DNA of 64,000 nucleotides from Spirochaetia bacterium (GTDB lineage Bacteria; Spirochaetota; Spirochaetia; SZUA-6; Bin103): NCBI GenBank assembly GCA_965198005.1, contig CBDAOI010000002.1, positions 480,001 to 544,000 of the forward strand, read 5' to 3'. Shown piece by piece: positions 38,175 to 48,177 of this stretch (position 1 is its first letter; each line of letters starts with the position of its first letter). The notes under the pieces were generated by a model. It saw only the letters and a program-made list of their open reading frames with translations, ran no database searches and was not told where the DNA came from. The position numbers and the translations under genes were made by a program.

Positions 38175-38647
38175 AGGGCACGTACGAGGGCCGCGGCCGC
38201 CGGTTTGCGCTGGTGGCCGCCCGGTTCAATGAGCTGATCACGACGCGGCTGGTGGACGGCGCGGTCGATTGCCTGCGCCGCCACGGCGTCGATCCCGCGG
38301 ACATCACCGTGGTGTGGGTGCCGGGTGCGTTCGAAATACCGCTGGCGGCGCGGCGCGCGGCGGAGCGGCTGGCGTGCGACGCCGTGGTGTGCCTGGGCGC
38401 CGTGATCAAGGGCGGCACCGATCACCACGAGTACGTGGCCGGCTGTGCGGCGCACGGTGTCGCCCGCGAATCGGCCGCGGCCGGTGTGCCGATGACCTTC
38501 GGAATCATCACCGCGGATACCATCGAGCAGGCGCTGGAACGGGCCGGCGCCAAACAGGGCAACCTGGGCTGGAACGCCGCGCTCGCGGCCCTGGAAACGA
38601 GCAACGTGCTGAGCTGCATCGACCACCTGGAGCGCCCCGGCCAGTAG
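38162..38647 (+). CDS. ribH: Lumazine synthase
   Basis: ARFNELIT, VPGAFEIP, LGAVIKGGTDH, FGIIT..QALERAG. Confidence 0.95.
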   Translation: MRQIEGTYEGRGRRFALVAARFNELITTRLVDGAVDCLRRHGVDPADITVVWVPGAFEIPLAARRAAERLACDAVVCLGAVIKGGTDHHEYVAGCAAHGVARESAAAGVPMTFGIITADTIEQALERAGAKQGNLGWNAALAALETSNVLSCIDHLERPGQ

Positions 38648-38666
38648 CGGCCGGACTGCCCTGCCG

Positions 38667-39476
38667 GTGCGCCCGGGTCGCCGGGGTCGCCGGATTCGCC
38701 GGGTTCGGCCGGTTGACAGCGCCGCCCCGGCGCATGATCCTGCCACGGGAGCAGGAACCATCAGGGATACCTCCGCGTCCGCGCACAGCAGCACCGTCGA
38801 GAACTACGTCAAGCAGATCTACCTGGAATCCCAGAACGAGTCCGGCCCCTGGGTTCCGATGAAACGCCTCGCCGACGGCGTCGGGGTGTCGCCCGGCACC
38901 GCGACCTCGATGGCCAAGACCCTGGCGCGTTCCGGCCTGATCGAGTACGAACCGCGCGGCGGCAGCCGGCTCACCACCGAGGGCGAGCGGTTGGCGCTCA
39001 GCGTGCTGCGCCGGCACCGGCTGGTGGAGTTGCTGCTGGTGCAGGTGCTCAAGCTCGACTGGTCCGAGGTGCACAGCGAGGCGGAGCTGCTGGAGCACGC
39101 GATCAGCGACAAGGTGCTGGAGAAGATCGACGAGCTGATGGGACGGCCGCGCGTCGACCCCCACGGCGATCCGATTCCGACCCACGGCGGCGAGATCGAC
39201 CAGACCCGGTTCGAGCCCCTGTCGCAGTGCGCCGCGGGTGACCGCCTGCGAATCGCCCGGGTGATCGATCAGGATCCCCGCTTCCTGCAGTTCGCCGAAC
39301 GCCACGGGTTGCTGCCGGGCGCGCACCTGGTAGTGGAGCGCCACGACCGGCAGGCCGATTCGGTGACCCTGACCGTGGAGGGACGCGGCGCCACGACCTT
39401 GGGAACGAGCGCGGCGGCCAAGCTGCTGGTGGCGAACGCAGCCTCGGCCGACGGCCACGGACGGGCTTCCCGGTGA
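38667..39476 (+). CDS. DtxR/MntR-family metal-dependent regulator with FeoA-like domain
   Basis: VENYVKQIY, RRHRLVE, VHSEAELLEH, DPHGDPIP. Start uncertain. Confidence 0.9.
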   Translation: MRPGRRGRRIRRVRPVDSAAPAHDPATGAGTIRDTSASAHSSTVENYVKQIYLESQNESGPWVPMKRLADGVGVSPGTATSMAKTLARSGLIEYEPRGGSRLTTEGERLALSVLRRHRLVELLLVQVLKLDWSEVHSEAELLEHAISDKVLEKIDELMGRPRVDPHGDPIPTHGGEIDQTRFEPLSQCAAGDRLRIARVIDQDPRFLQFAERHGLLPGAHLVVERHDRQADSVTLTVEGRGATTLGTSAAAKLLVANAASADGHGRASR

Positions 39477-39477
39477 T

Positions 39478-40218
39478 TCAGCACCGCAACACCGCGCGTG
39501 CGTCTTCGATCTCGTCAATGATACGTTGCGCCGCGTCGCGTGGCTCACGCGCTCGCAGAACCGGTCGACCGACTACGAGGTAGTCGGCACCCTGCCTGAT
39601 GGCGTCGCCGGGCGTAGTCCAGCGTGCGTGATCGTCGTGCGTGGTGCACTCCGGGCGGATCCCCGGGCTGACGAGCGTGACGTTCGGGTAGGCGCGCCGG
39701 CACGCCCCGATTGCCGTTCCGGACACGATCAGTCCGTCGCAGCCGGCGGCGAGCATCGTCTGTCCCCGTTCGACGATGTAGGCGTCCACGTCGTCGACCG
39801 AGGATTCGGTCGCCGTCGCTGCCAAGCTCGACAAGAGCGGCACCATGAGAAACTTCGGAAACGGCGATCCGTTGCGCGCGTCCCGGCCGGCGGCCAACGT
39901 GTGCCTGGTGATGGCGGATTCCGCAGCTTCGGCGAAAGTGATGAACCGGATCCCCAGCGTGTCCGCATGGTGCACAAAGTTGGCGACGGTGTTGCCGATG
40001 TCGCCAGCGATCTTGAGATCGATGAAGATCTTTCCCTGATCGCCCCGCGCGGCCTTCAGGCGCCTCAGCAGCCCGTACAGATCGCCCGCGAGGAACAGAT
40101 ACAGGCCGATCTTGAAGAAGGATACGTTCTCAAGCTTGTCGACCAGGGCAATCGCTTCATCGTGGGTTGGGACATCAAGTGCAACGATGATACGGTCTTG
40201 GCTCGCTACGTCATCCAT
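39478..40218 (-). CDS. pyrF: Orotidine-5'-phosphate decarboxylase (divergent)
   Basis: IIVALD, FKIG, DLKIAGDIGNT, SPGIRP, DDHAR, GADYLVVGRP. Confidence 0.8.
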   Translation of the reverse strand: MDDVASQDRIIVALDVPTHDEAIALVDKLENVSFFKIGLYLFLAGDLYGLLRRLKAARGDQGKIFIDLKIAGDIGNTVANFVHHADTLGIRFITFAEAAESAITRHTLAAGRDARNGSPFPKFLMVPLLSSLAATATESSVDDVDAYIVERGQTMLAAGCDGLIVSGTAIGACRRAYPNVTLVSPGIRPECTTHDDHARWTTPGDAIRQGADYLVVGRPVLRAREPRDAAQRIIDEIEDARAVLRC

Positions 40219-40304
40219 TGCAGCCCCATGTTGCCACTTCCCACCATGTTTGAGCAAATGCTTCGGCTCTTGCGATGAGCGCGACGATAGCCCGCCGCCG
40301 CCGG

Positions 40305-41618
<1,314 letters not shown>

Positions 41619-41751
41619 CAGCGCGCGTCAGGGTACCCCGGCCGCCACCGGCGCGGCCAGCCGGCGGGGACATACGGCCATGCGGCCTGCGGCCGTACAC
41701 TGCTTGACTCGCCTCATTCGCACTGATACAAGTACTAAAAGAGGTATCATA

Positions 41752-42009
41752 ATGAGTGCCATCTCCGCGGCCGACCTCAAGCGACGGGGAGTCGCCGCAC
41801 TGGAACCGACCGTTGCGGAAGACGGCTCAGCGCTCATCACCGTCCGAGGCAAGGGCCGCTACGTGGTCCTGACGCTCGAGAAGTACAACGAGTTGCGCGA
41901 GGCGGAGCTGGAGCAGGCCGTAAGGGAAGCCCGGGCGGACTACCGGGCTGGACGGATCGTCGACCGCACGATCGACGGGCACCTGCGGCGGCTGGACGAT
42001 GAAGCATGA
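41752..42009 (+). CDS. Phd/YefM-like antitoxin
   Basis: ISAADLKRRGV..ITVRGKGRYVVL..YNELREAELE..ARADY. AT-rich upstream region with gatac..gtatc arms. Confidence 0.75.
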   Translation: MSAISAADLKRRGVAALEPTVAEDGSALITVRGKGRYVVLTLEKYNELREAELEQAVREARADYRAGRIVDRTIDGHLRRLDDEA

Positions 42010-42280
42010 GCTGGTCTTTACGCGGAGCTACACTCGCCGTGCCGCGCGCTTCATGCGCAAGCATCCCGAACTGCGGGGTCAGTACCGGAAAACGCTGCAA
42101 CTGCTCGAGCTGAACCCGTTTCATCCCTCGTTACGGCTGCACCGGCTCAGCGGCTCGCTGGCCGAGCTGCACTCGGTCGCGATCAATCTTTCCTACCGGA
42201 TCACCCTCGAGTTCCTGGTATCCGGGAACACGATCATGCCCGTGGACGTCGGCTCGCATGACGCCGCGTATCGAGCGTGA
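41999..42280 (+). CDS. RelE/YafQ-like toxin
   Basis: NPFHPSLRLHRLSG, SYRITLEF, DVGSHD. Overlaps the antitoxin. Confidence 0.8.
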   Translation: MKHELVFTRSYTRRAARFMRKHPELRGQYRKTLQLLELNPFHPSLRLHRLSGSLAELHSVAINLSYRITLEFLVSGNTIMPVDVGSHDAAYRA

Positions 42281-42687
42281 CGGCGCCGGCGGCGGGCGTG
42301 GTACACTCCGCAGTCGTGGCGGATGGCCCGGAGTTCCAACGCCTGTTCACGGTGGACGAAGCGGAGCGTACGTTGCCGCTGGTGCGCGCGATCGTGCGCG
42401 ACATTCTGGCGCTGGGCGCCGAGGCGCACGTGATCCTGGCGGACCGCGGCCGGACGGCGCGGATCGAGGAGCTGGAAGAGCAGCTCCGGGAGCTGCTGGC
42501 GGAGCTGGAAGCGATGGGCTGCTTCTACAAGGACTGGAACTTCCGGATCGGGCTGGTCGACTTTCCCGCGCTGGTGGACGGAGAGGTGGTGTTCCTCTGC
42601 TGGCGCAGCGACGAGCCCAAGCTGGGATACTACCACCGGATCGAAGACGGCTATGACGGACGGCGGCCGCTCGCCGGCGGCGGCTGA
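42277..42687 (+). CDS. DUF2203-family protein
   Basis: FTVDEAERTLPLV..GLVDFP..FLCWRSDE..YH..GYDGRRPL. Confidence 0.8.
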   Translation: MTAPAAGVVHSAVVADGPEFQRLFTVDEAERTLPLVRAIVRDILALGAEAHVILADRGRTARIEELEEQLRELLAELEAMGCFYKDWNFRIGLVDFPALVDGEVVFLCWRSDEPKLGYYHRIEDGYDGRRPLAGGG

Positions 42688-43594
42688 CGGCGCCGGGCCC
42701 GGCGGCGGGGCGCCGCGGCGCCTGCTGGTGGTGGACCTGGACGGCACCCTGCTCGGCCCCGACCGCACCATCGCCGCGGCCGATGCCGCCGCGTTGCGCC
42801 GGGCCGCGGCCGCCGGCACCACCCTGTGCGTGGCCACTGGCCGCGGTCAGCACACCGCGCGGCCGGTGCTGGCGCAGCTCCCGGTCCCCGCCTACGCGGC
42901 GCTGCACAACGGCGCCCTGATGCTCGACCCGCGCGGAGCCGAGCTGTGGCGCACTGCCATGCACCCGGCGGCCGTGGCGGCGGCGGTGCCGCTGGTGCGC
43001 GCCGCCGGGCTGCACCCGATGCTCTACGCCCGCCCGCGTCCCGGGGTGCCCGCTCCGGCCACCGCCGGCACTGCGGGTACCGCCGGCGGGCAGCCCGACC
43101 TGGTCCTGGTGCTCGAACCGGCCGCGCGCCGCTCGCCGTACACCCAGGCCTACCTGCGCACCAAGCAGCCGATCCTGGAGCTGACCGGCGACGTGCTGGG
43201 CGCCCGCCACCGCGGCGTGCTGGGGCTGGTCAGCTTCGGCGCCCGGTCAGCCGCGGCCGCAGCCGCCGCCGCCCTGCGCCCGTTGCGCGGCCGGCTGTCG
43301 AGCTGGTGGAGCACGCCGCTGCACGACGCCGCCTACCTGCTGGAGGCGGTGGCGCCGCGCGGCACCAAGCGGGGGGCGGTGGCGCGCCTGACCCGCGCCC
43401 TGGGGCTGACCCGGGACCGGGTCACCGCGATCGGCGACAACAGCAACGACCTGGAGTTGCTGAACTATGCCGGCGTCGGGATAGCGATGGCCAATGCGAC
43501 GCCGGACGTGCGCGCCGCCGCCGACTTCGTCACCGCCAGCAACGCCGAGGCGGGCGTGGCCCGCGCCCTGGCGTGGCTCGAATCGCAACGGTAG
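42653..43594 (+). CDS. Cof-type HAD hydrolase
   Basis: DLDGTLL, ATGR, NGA, K, IGDNSND. Confidence 0.9.
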   Translation: MTDGGRSPAAADGAGPGGGAPRRLLVVDLDGTLLGPDRTIAAADAAALRRAAAAGTTLCVATGRGQHTARPVLAQLPVPAYAALHNGALMLDPRGAELWRTAMHPAAVAAAVPLVRAAGLHPMLYARPRPGVPAPATAGTAGTAGGQPDLVLVLEPAARRSPYTQAYLRTKQPILELTGDVLGARHRGVLGLVSFGARSAAAAAAAALRPLRGRLSSWWSTPLHDAAYLLEAVAPRGTKRGAVARLTRALGLTRDRVTAIGDNSNDLELLNYAGVGIAMANATPDVRAAADFVTASNAEAGVARALAWLESQR

Positions 43595-43601
43595 CCGGCC
43601 G

Positions 43602-44630
43602 TCAGCCGCCCACCGCCCGGGCCACCTCCAGGGCGAAGTAGGTCAGGATGATGTCCGCGCCGGCGCGCTTGATGGCGGTCACCGTCTCCATGACCGCGGC
43701 CGCCTCGTCGACCCAACCGTGCGCCGCCGCGGCCTTGATCATGGCGTACTCGCCGCTCACCTGATAGGCCGCGACCGGCACCGTCGCCTCCGCCTTGACC
43801 GCGGCCAGCACGTCCAGATAGGGCAGCGCCGGCTTCACCATCACCATGTCCGCGCCCTCGTCGAGGTCCAGCAGGACCTCGCGCAGCGCCTCGCGGCGGT
43901 TGGCCGGATCCATCTGGTAGCTCTTCTTGTCGCCGTGATTGGGCGCGGAATCGAGCGCGTCGCGGAACGGACCGTAGAAGGCGGAGGCATACTTGGCGCT
44001 GTAGGCGAGGATCCCCACCTGGGTGTAGCCGACGTCGTCCAGCGCGTCGCGGATGTAGCCGACGCGGCCGTCCATCATGTCGGAAGGCGCCACCAGATCG
44101 GCCCCCGCCGCCGCCTGCGCCACCGCCATCTGGCAGAGAATGTCGACGCTGGCGTCATTGTCGACCTCGCCGTCCACCACGACGCCGTCGTGGCCGTCGC
44201 TCGAGTAGGGGTCCATCGCCACGTCGGTGATCACCAGCAGCTCCGGCACCGCCTCCTTGATGGCCCGGACGCTGCGCTGCAGCAGGCCGTCGGGGTTGCC
44301 GGCCTCGCTGGCGTAGGGGTCCTTCAGCCGGTCGTCGACTACCGGAAACAGCGCCACCCCGGGCACGCCCAGAGCATGCGCCGCGCGCGCCCGCGCCGCC
44401 AGCCGGTCCGGGCTCAGACGGTCGGTGCCGGGCATCGACGCCACCGGCTCCACCACCCCGTCGCCGTCCACCGCGAACAGCGGCAGGATCAGATCGGCGG
44501 GGGCAACCTGCGTCTCGCGCACCAGCCGCCGCAGCGCCTCGGTGCGCCGGTTGCGGCGCGGCCGGATCGGCAGGTCGAGCTGGCTGTCGGGGGTGGCCGG
44601 TGAGCCGTTCTCGGAGCTACGGGCGGTCAT
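43602..44630 (-). CDS. hemB: Porphobilinogen synthase
   Basis: RPRRNR, APSDMMDGR, SAFYGPFRDA, MVKPALPYLD, YQVSGEY. Confidence 0.95.
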   Translation of the reverse strand: MTARSSENGSPATPDSQLDLPIRPRRNRRTEALRRLVRETQVAPADLILPLFAVDGDGVVEPVASMPGTDRLSPDRLAARARAAHALGVPGVALFPVVDDRLKDPYASEAGNPDGLLQRSVRAIKEAVPELLVITDVAMDPYSSDGHDGVVVDGEVDNDASVDILCQMAVAQAAAGADLVAPSDMMDGRVGYIRDALDDVGYTQVGILAYSAKYASAFYGPFRDALDSAPNHGDKKSYQMDPANRREALREVLLDLDEGADMVMVKPALPYLDVLAAVKAEATVPVAAYQVSGEYAMIKAAAAHGWVDEAAAVMETVTAIKRAGADIILTYFALEVARAVGG

Positions 44631-45200
44631 CCTGCCCCCACACGATCGCGTCGGGAGCGCCGTCCGGCAGGTCGCGCAGCGCCAGCCCGAGCGTGCAGTT
44701 GACGTCGGCCTTGGCGCGCTCGATCCACTTCCGGAATCCCTCCAGCTTGCGCTCGATGGTTTCCTGAGCGGGCCCCTCGTTGATCACGGTGCGCACCGCG
44801 CCGGCCCACTCCGCGGAGAAGAACCGCAGACTCGACATCAGCCGCCCGCCATCACCGGGTCCATCTCGTCGATCATCTCCTCCACGTCCGCGGGCAGGGT
44901 GACCCCGATCAGGTTCAGCTTCTTGCGGAGCTGCCGGCCGCGCAGCGCCTTCTCGCGCGCCGCCGACCAGCCGAACACCTCGTAAGTGACGCACATGCTG
45001 CCGGTGTTGGAGGACATCAGCAGCGTGCGCATCGTCTCGTGCAGGTCGTGCACCAGCCCGGGGTCCTGTTCGAGCAGGTCGTCGATGTCGACCTTGCCGA
45101 TGCCGCGCAGGTCGGTGTAGGCGAAGCTCGGCTCCGCGCTCGGCGTGCCGTTGAACAACGGCGGCCGTTCGATGGTTGCTTGCACTCCCACGGCGACCAT
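44617..45200 (-). pseudogene. Two coupled gene fragments (hypothetical 3' part, then an SCP2-like 5' part)
   Basis: An acidic protein-like ORF ending at 44838 overlaps (ATGA) MSSLRFFSAEWA..INE. The second ORF ends after about 70 aa inside the hemB start. Confidence 0.35.
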
Positions 45201-45301
45201 ACTACCAACCCCGCCGCGCCGGATCAATTCGTCGGCCGGCCCTGGGTCCGGTGGGAAAGCTTGTCAGTCAAGTACCAATCGATTGCTCCGGCGAAGCGCC
45301 C

Positions 45302-46744
45302 TCAGCGCAATGCGTGCGGGCGTGTCGGTGGATTGACGTCAGTCGGAATTGGGCACACGTAGGGGTTGCCGTTGGTCGCCGCCGCCAGCTCCGCTCGCGC
45401 CGTGCACAGGTGTTCCGGATCCAAATACAGATCCAGCGCCGCGACCGCCATCACTTTGGCCGAGTGCATCATTCCCTTGTGACCGATTGACGTAGCCCCG
45501 GTGGCGACGATGCCCCAACTGTGGCCGGGGGCGCGGGTGGCAAAGCAGGCAGTACGCAGCATGCTGAGCGGCGTGATCCAGCTGACGTCGCCCACGTCGG
45601 TCGAGCCGGTGCCGACCAGGTCCGCGTCCCACGCCGGGAAGTTGTCACCGATCAGCGGTGCGTGCGCCAGGCGCTCGAGCCGCGGCTGCTCCTCCGGCGG
45701 CGTCTGCCAGCCCGCGAACATCTCTTCGGCGTTCCGCTTGGGAAACGCCGCGTTGACCTGCGCCGCGTACGCTTTCTCCTCGGCGGTGAACTCGATCGGC
45801 CCGACCAGTTGCATCGCCTCGTACTGCAGATCCGCCAGGTAGGCGTTGTTCAGTAGTCGTGAGCAGGCGCCGCGCACCCGCATCTCCACGGTAGTGTCGG
45901 TCATCAACGCTGCGCCGCGGGCGCAGTTGCGTACCCGCTCGGATACCTCGTCGATCTCTGCCCGTTCCAGGGCGCGCACGAAGTACCACACCTCCGCAGT
46001 GTCCGGGACCACGTTCGGCAGCTTGCCGCCGTCGGTGATCACATAGTGGATGCGCACCTTCTCAGTGACGTGCTCGCGCAGATAGTTCACGCTGACGTTC
46101 ATCAGCTCGACCGCGTCCAGCGCCGAGCGCCCCTCGTGCGGCGCGCCGCCGGCGTGGGCGGTGCGGCCGCGGAAGCGGAACACCAGGTCGTTGACGCCAA
46201 CGCTGGCACCCTTTGACGGAGCGTTGACCTTGGCCGGGTGATAGTTGAACGCGGCATCCAGATCGTCGAAGGCGCCGGTCCGCGCCATGAACGCCTTGCC
46301 ACTGATCTGTTCCTCGGCCGGACAGCCGTAGTAGCGGACGGTGCCGGAGGTACCGGTCGCCTTCAGCCAGCGGGCCACGGCCACCGCCGCGGCCAAGCCC
46401 CCGGTACCGAGCAGGTTGTGCCCGCAGCCGTGGCCAGGGCCTCCCTCGACGACCGGCTCCTGGGTCGGCTGGCGCTTCTGTGACAGCCCGGCCAGCGCAT
46501 CGTACTCGCCGAGGTAGCCGATGATCGGGGCACCGGAGCCGGCCTCGGCACAGAACGCGGTGGTGATGGCGCCGAGGTCCCAGGTGATCGCAAACCCCTC
46601 GGCGGCCAGAAAGTCCGCCTGCAGCTTGGAGGAAGCAAACTCCTCCCAGGCCACCTCCGGGTTGGCCCACAACGTGTCGGCCATGTCCGTGAACCGCTGC
46701 TGGTTCTGCTTGAGCCACTCGATGACGTCCTGCTTGCTCTGCAA
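45302..46744 (-). CDS. M20 amidohydrolase (AbgB-like)
   Basis: GEYDAL, GHGCGHN, PAEE, HAGGAPHEGRSALDA, GSTDVGDVS. TTG start after GGAGGAG. Confidence 0.9.
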   Translation of the reverse strand: MQSKQDVIEWLKQNQQRFTDMADTLWANPEVAWEEFASSKLQADFLAAEGFAITWDLGAITTAFCAEAGSGAPIIGYLGEYDALAGLSQKRQPTQEPVVEGGPGHGCGHNLLGTGGLAAAVAVARWLKATGTSGTVRYYGCPAEEQISGKAFMARTGAFDDLDAAFNYHPAKVNAPSKGASVGVNDLVFRFRGRTAHAGGAPHEGRSALDAVELMNVSVNYLREHVTEKVRIHYVITDGGKLPNVVPDTAEVWYFVRALERAEIDEVSERVRNCARGAALMTDTTVEMRVRGACSRLLNNAYLADLQYEAMQLVGPIEFTAEEKAYAAQVNAAFPKRNAEEMFAGWQTPPEEQPRLERLAHAPLIGDNFPAWDADLVGTGSTDVGDVSWITPLSMLRTACFATRAPGHSWGIVATGATSIGHKGMMHSAKVMAVAALDLYLDPEHLCTARAELAAATNGNPYVCPIPTDVNPPTRPHALR

Positions 46745-46895
46745 CGCTCTCCTCCCGTATGTCCGTGCGTCCGTTGGCGGTCCGGCCATGCTACCGTAGC
46801 GGCCCTGCGCCGTCCAGGCGCGCGCCCGGCGCGCGGTGCGGGTGTCGCCTACCGCGCGGCGCAGCCGCCGGCTGGGTGAGCGGCTTTCGCACCGC

Positions 46896-47303
46896 TCACA
46901 GCCAATGGCGGCAGGCGAGACCGTCGATCTTCGTGAAGTGGGTCAGGTTGGCGGTGATCACCTCCGCGCCGTGGGCGCGGGCGATCGCCGCCACGGCGAT
47001 GTCGAAGTCGTCGATCGGCGTGCCGGCGCGCTCCAGACCGGCCTTGATGGCACCGAACTGCACCGAGGCCGCGGGAATCCAATCCAGCAGCGGAATCACG
47101 GACAGCAGGCGGTCCTTTTGCGCCGCGAGCAGCCGACGGCGGCGGGAAGCGGGATCCAGCCGCCGCAAGCCGTACTCGACCTCCGCTACGACCGGTGGGA
47201 CCACTGCGAACTCTCCCGGCGGCCGGTGGCGCAGCAAGGCGACGATCTCCGGTTCATGCCGCATCGCCGCCGAGAACGCGGTGGTATCGAGCACGCTGAT
47301 CAC
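46896..47303 (-). CDS. vapC: VapC PIN-domain toxin
   Basis: VLDTT, VAEVEYG, IDDFDIAVAAIA, TANLTHF. Confidence 0.9.
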   Translation of the reverse strand: MISVLDTTAFSAAMRHEPEIVALLRHRPPGEFAVVPPVVAEVEYGLRRLDPASRRRRLLAAQKDRLLSVIPLLDWIPAASVQFGAIKAGLERAGTPIDDFDIAVAAIARAHGAEVITANLTHFTKIDGLACRHWL

Positions 47304-47560
47304 AGCACGAGCGCTCCTCTGTTGCGGCGGACGGCGCGAATGCTCCGTTCCAGGTCCGCACCGGCCGCGCGCAGCACCGACAGATCTTCCGCCGCAAGAT
47401 CGAGGTCGAAAAATCCCTGCGCCCACTCGCCGGCATCCTTGGCGAGGGCGTCCTGACAGGCGTGAATGACGAACTTGTTGCGGCTCAAGCCCAGGCGGCG
47501 GGCAACGGCATCGATGCGCCGGAGCAACGGCGGCGGAAAGTGGAAGGTCGTGGACGGCAC
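47300..47560 (-). CDS. vapB: Ribbon-helix-helix antitoxin
   Basis: TTFHFPPPLLRRIDAVARRLGLSRNKFVI. Overlaps the vapC start. Confidence 0.8.
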   Translation of the reverse strand: MPSTTFHFPPPLLRRIDAVARRLGLSRNKFVIHACQDALAKDAGEWAQGFFDLDLAAEDLSVLRAAGADLERSIRAVRRNRGALVL

Positions 47561-47621
47561 GGGTCGAATATAATCTATTCATATGCCGGGCGGCAAGGGG
47601 CGCGGTGCGCCAACCGCGGGC

Positions 47622-48020
47622 CTACCGAGGGAGCGCGGCGCGGATGCGGGCCGCCTCGGCAGCCAGCGCCGCGTCCCCCGGGTTGGGACCGGCGCGCGCG
47701 AAGTCCAGGTCGTGCATCCCGTCGATCGGGCTCACGTGGAGGTGCACGTGCGGCACCTCCAGCCCGGCGATCAGCAACCCCACCTTGGCCGGCCGGTACG
47801 CCGCCCGTTGCGCGCGCGCGATGGTGCGCGCGACCCGCATCAGCGCCGCCACGGTCGCGTCGTCCAGGTCGATCCAGTGCTCCACCTCGACCCGCGGCAC
47901 GACCAGCGTGTGACCGGGACGCAGCGGGTTGATCGACAGGAACGCCACGCACCGCTCGTCCTGCCAGACGAAGTGGGCCGGCAGCTCGCCGGCGATGATC
48001 CGCGTGAAGATGCTTGCCAT
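47622..48020 (-). CDS. HIT-family protein
   Basis: SIFTRII, GHTLVVP, VPHVHLH. Confidence 0.9.
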   Translation of the reverse strand: MASIFTRIIAGELPAHFVWQDERCVAFLSINPLRPGHTLVVPRVEVEHWIDLDDATVAALMRVARTIARAQRAAYRPAKVGLLIAGLEVPHVHLHVSPIDGMHDLDFARAGPNPGDAALAAEAARIRAALPR

Positions 48021-48177
48021 GACGCCGCCAGTGTAACCCGGACGCCCGGCCCGATCACCTGCGTTGCGTTGGGGCTCAGTCGTCGTGCGCGTGGCGGCTG
48101 GTGCTGGTACTTGTACTTGTCCCGCCCATTTGACAGATGCGGCGGTTTCGGCAACGGTGGGGTTCCCGCTGGGGAAC

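Noticed and set aside
48030-48175. Possible T-box leader upstream of valS
   Set aside because: No T-box consensus or terminator seen, and the region is short and shared with a divergent gene.
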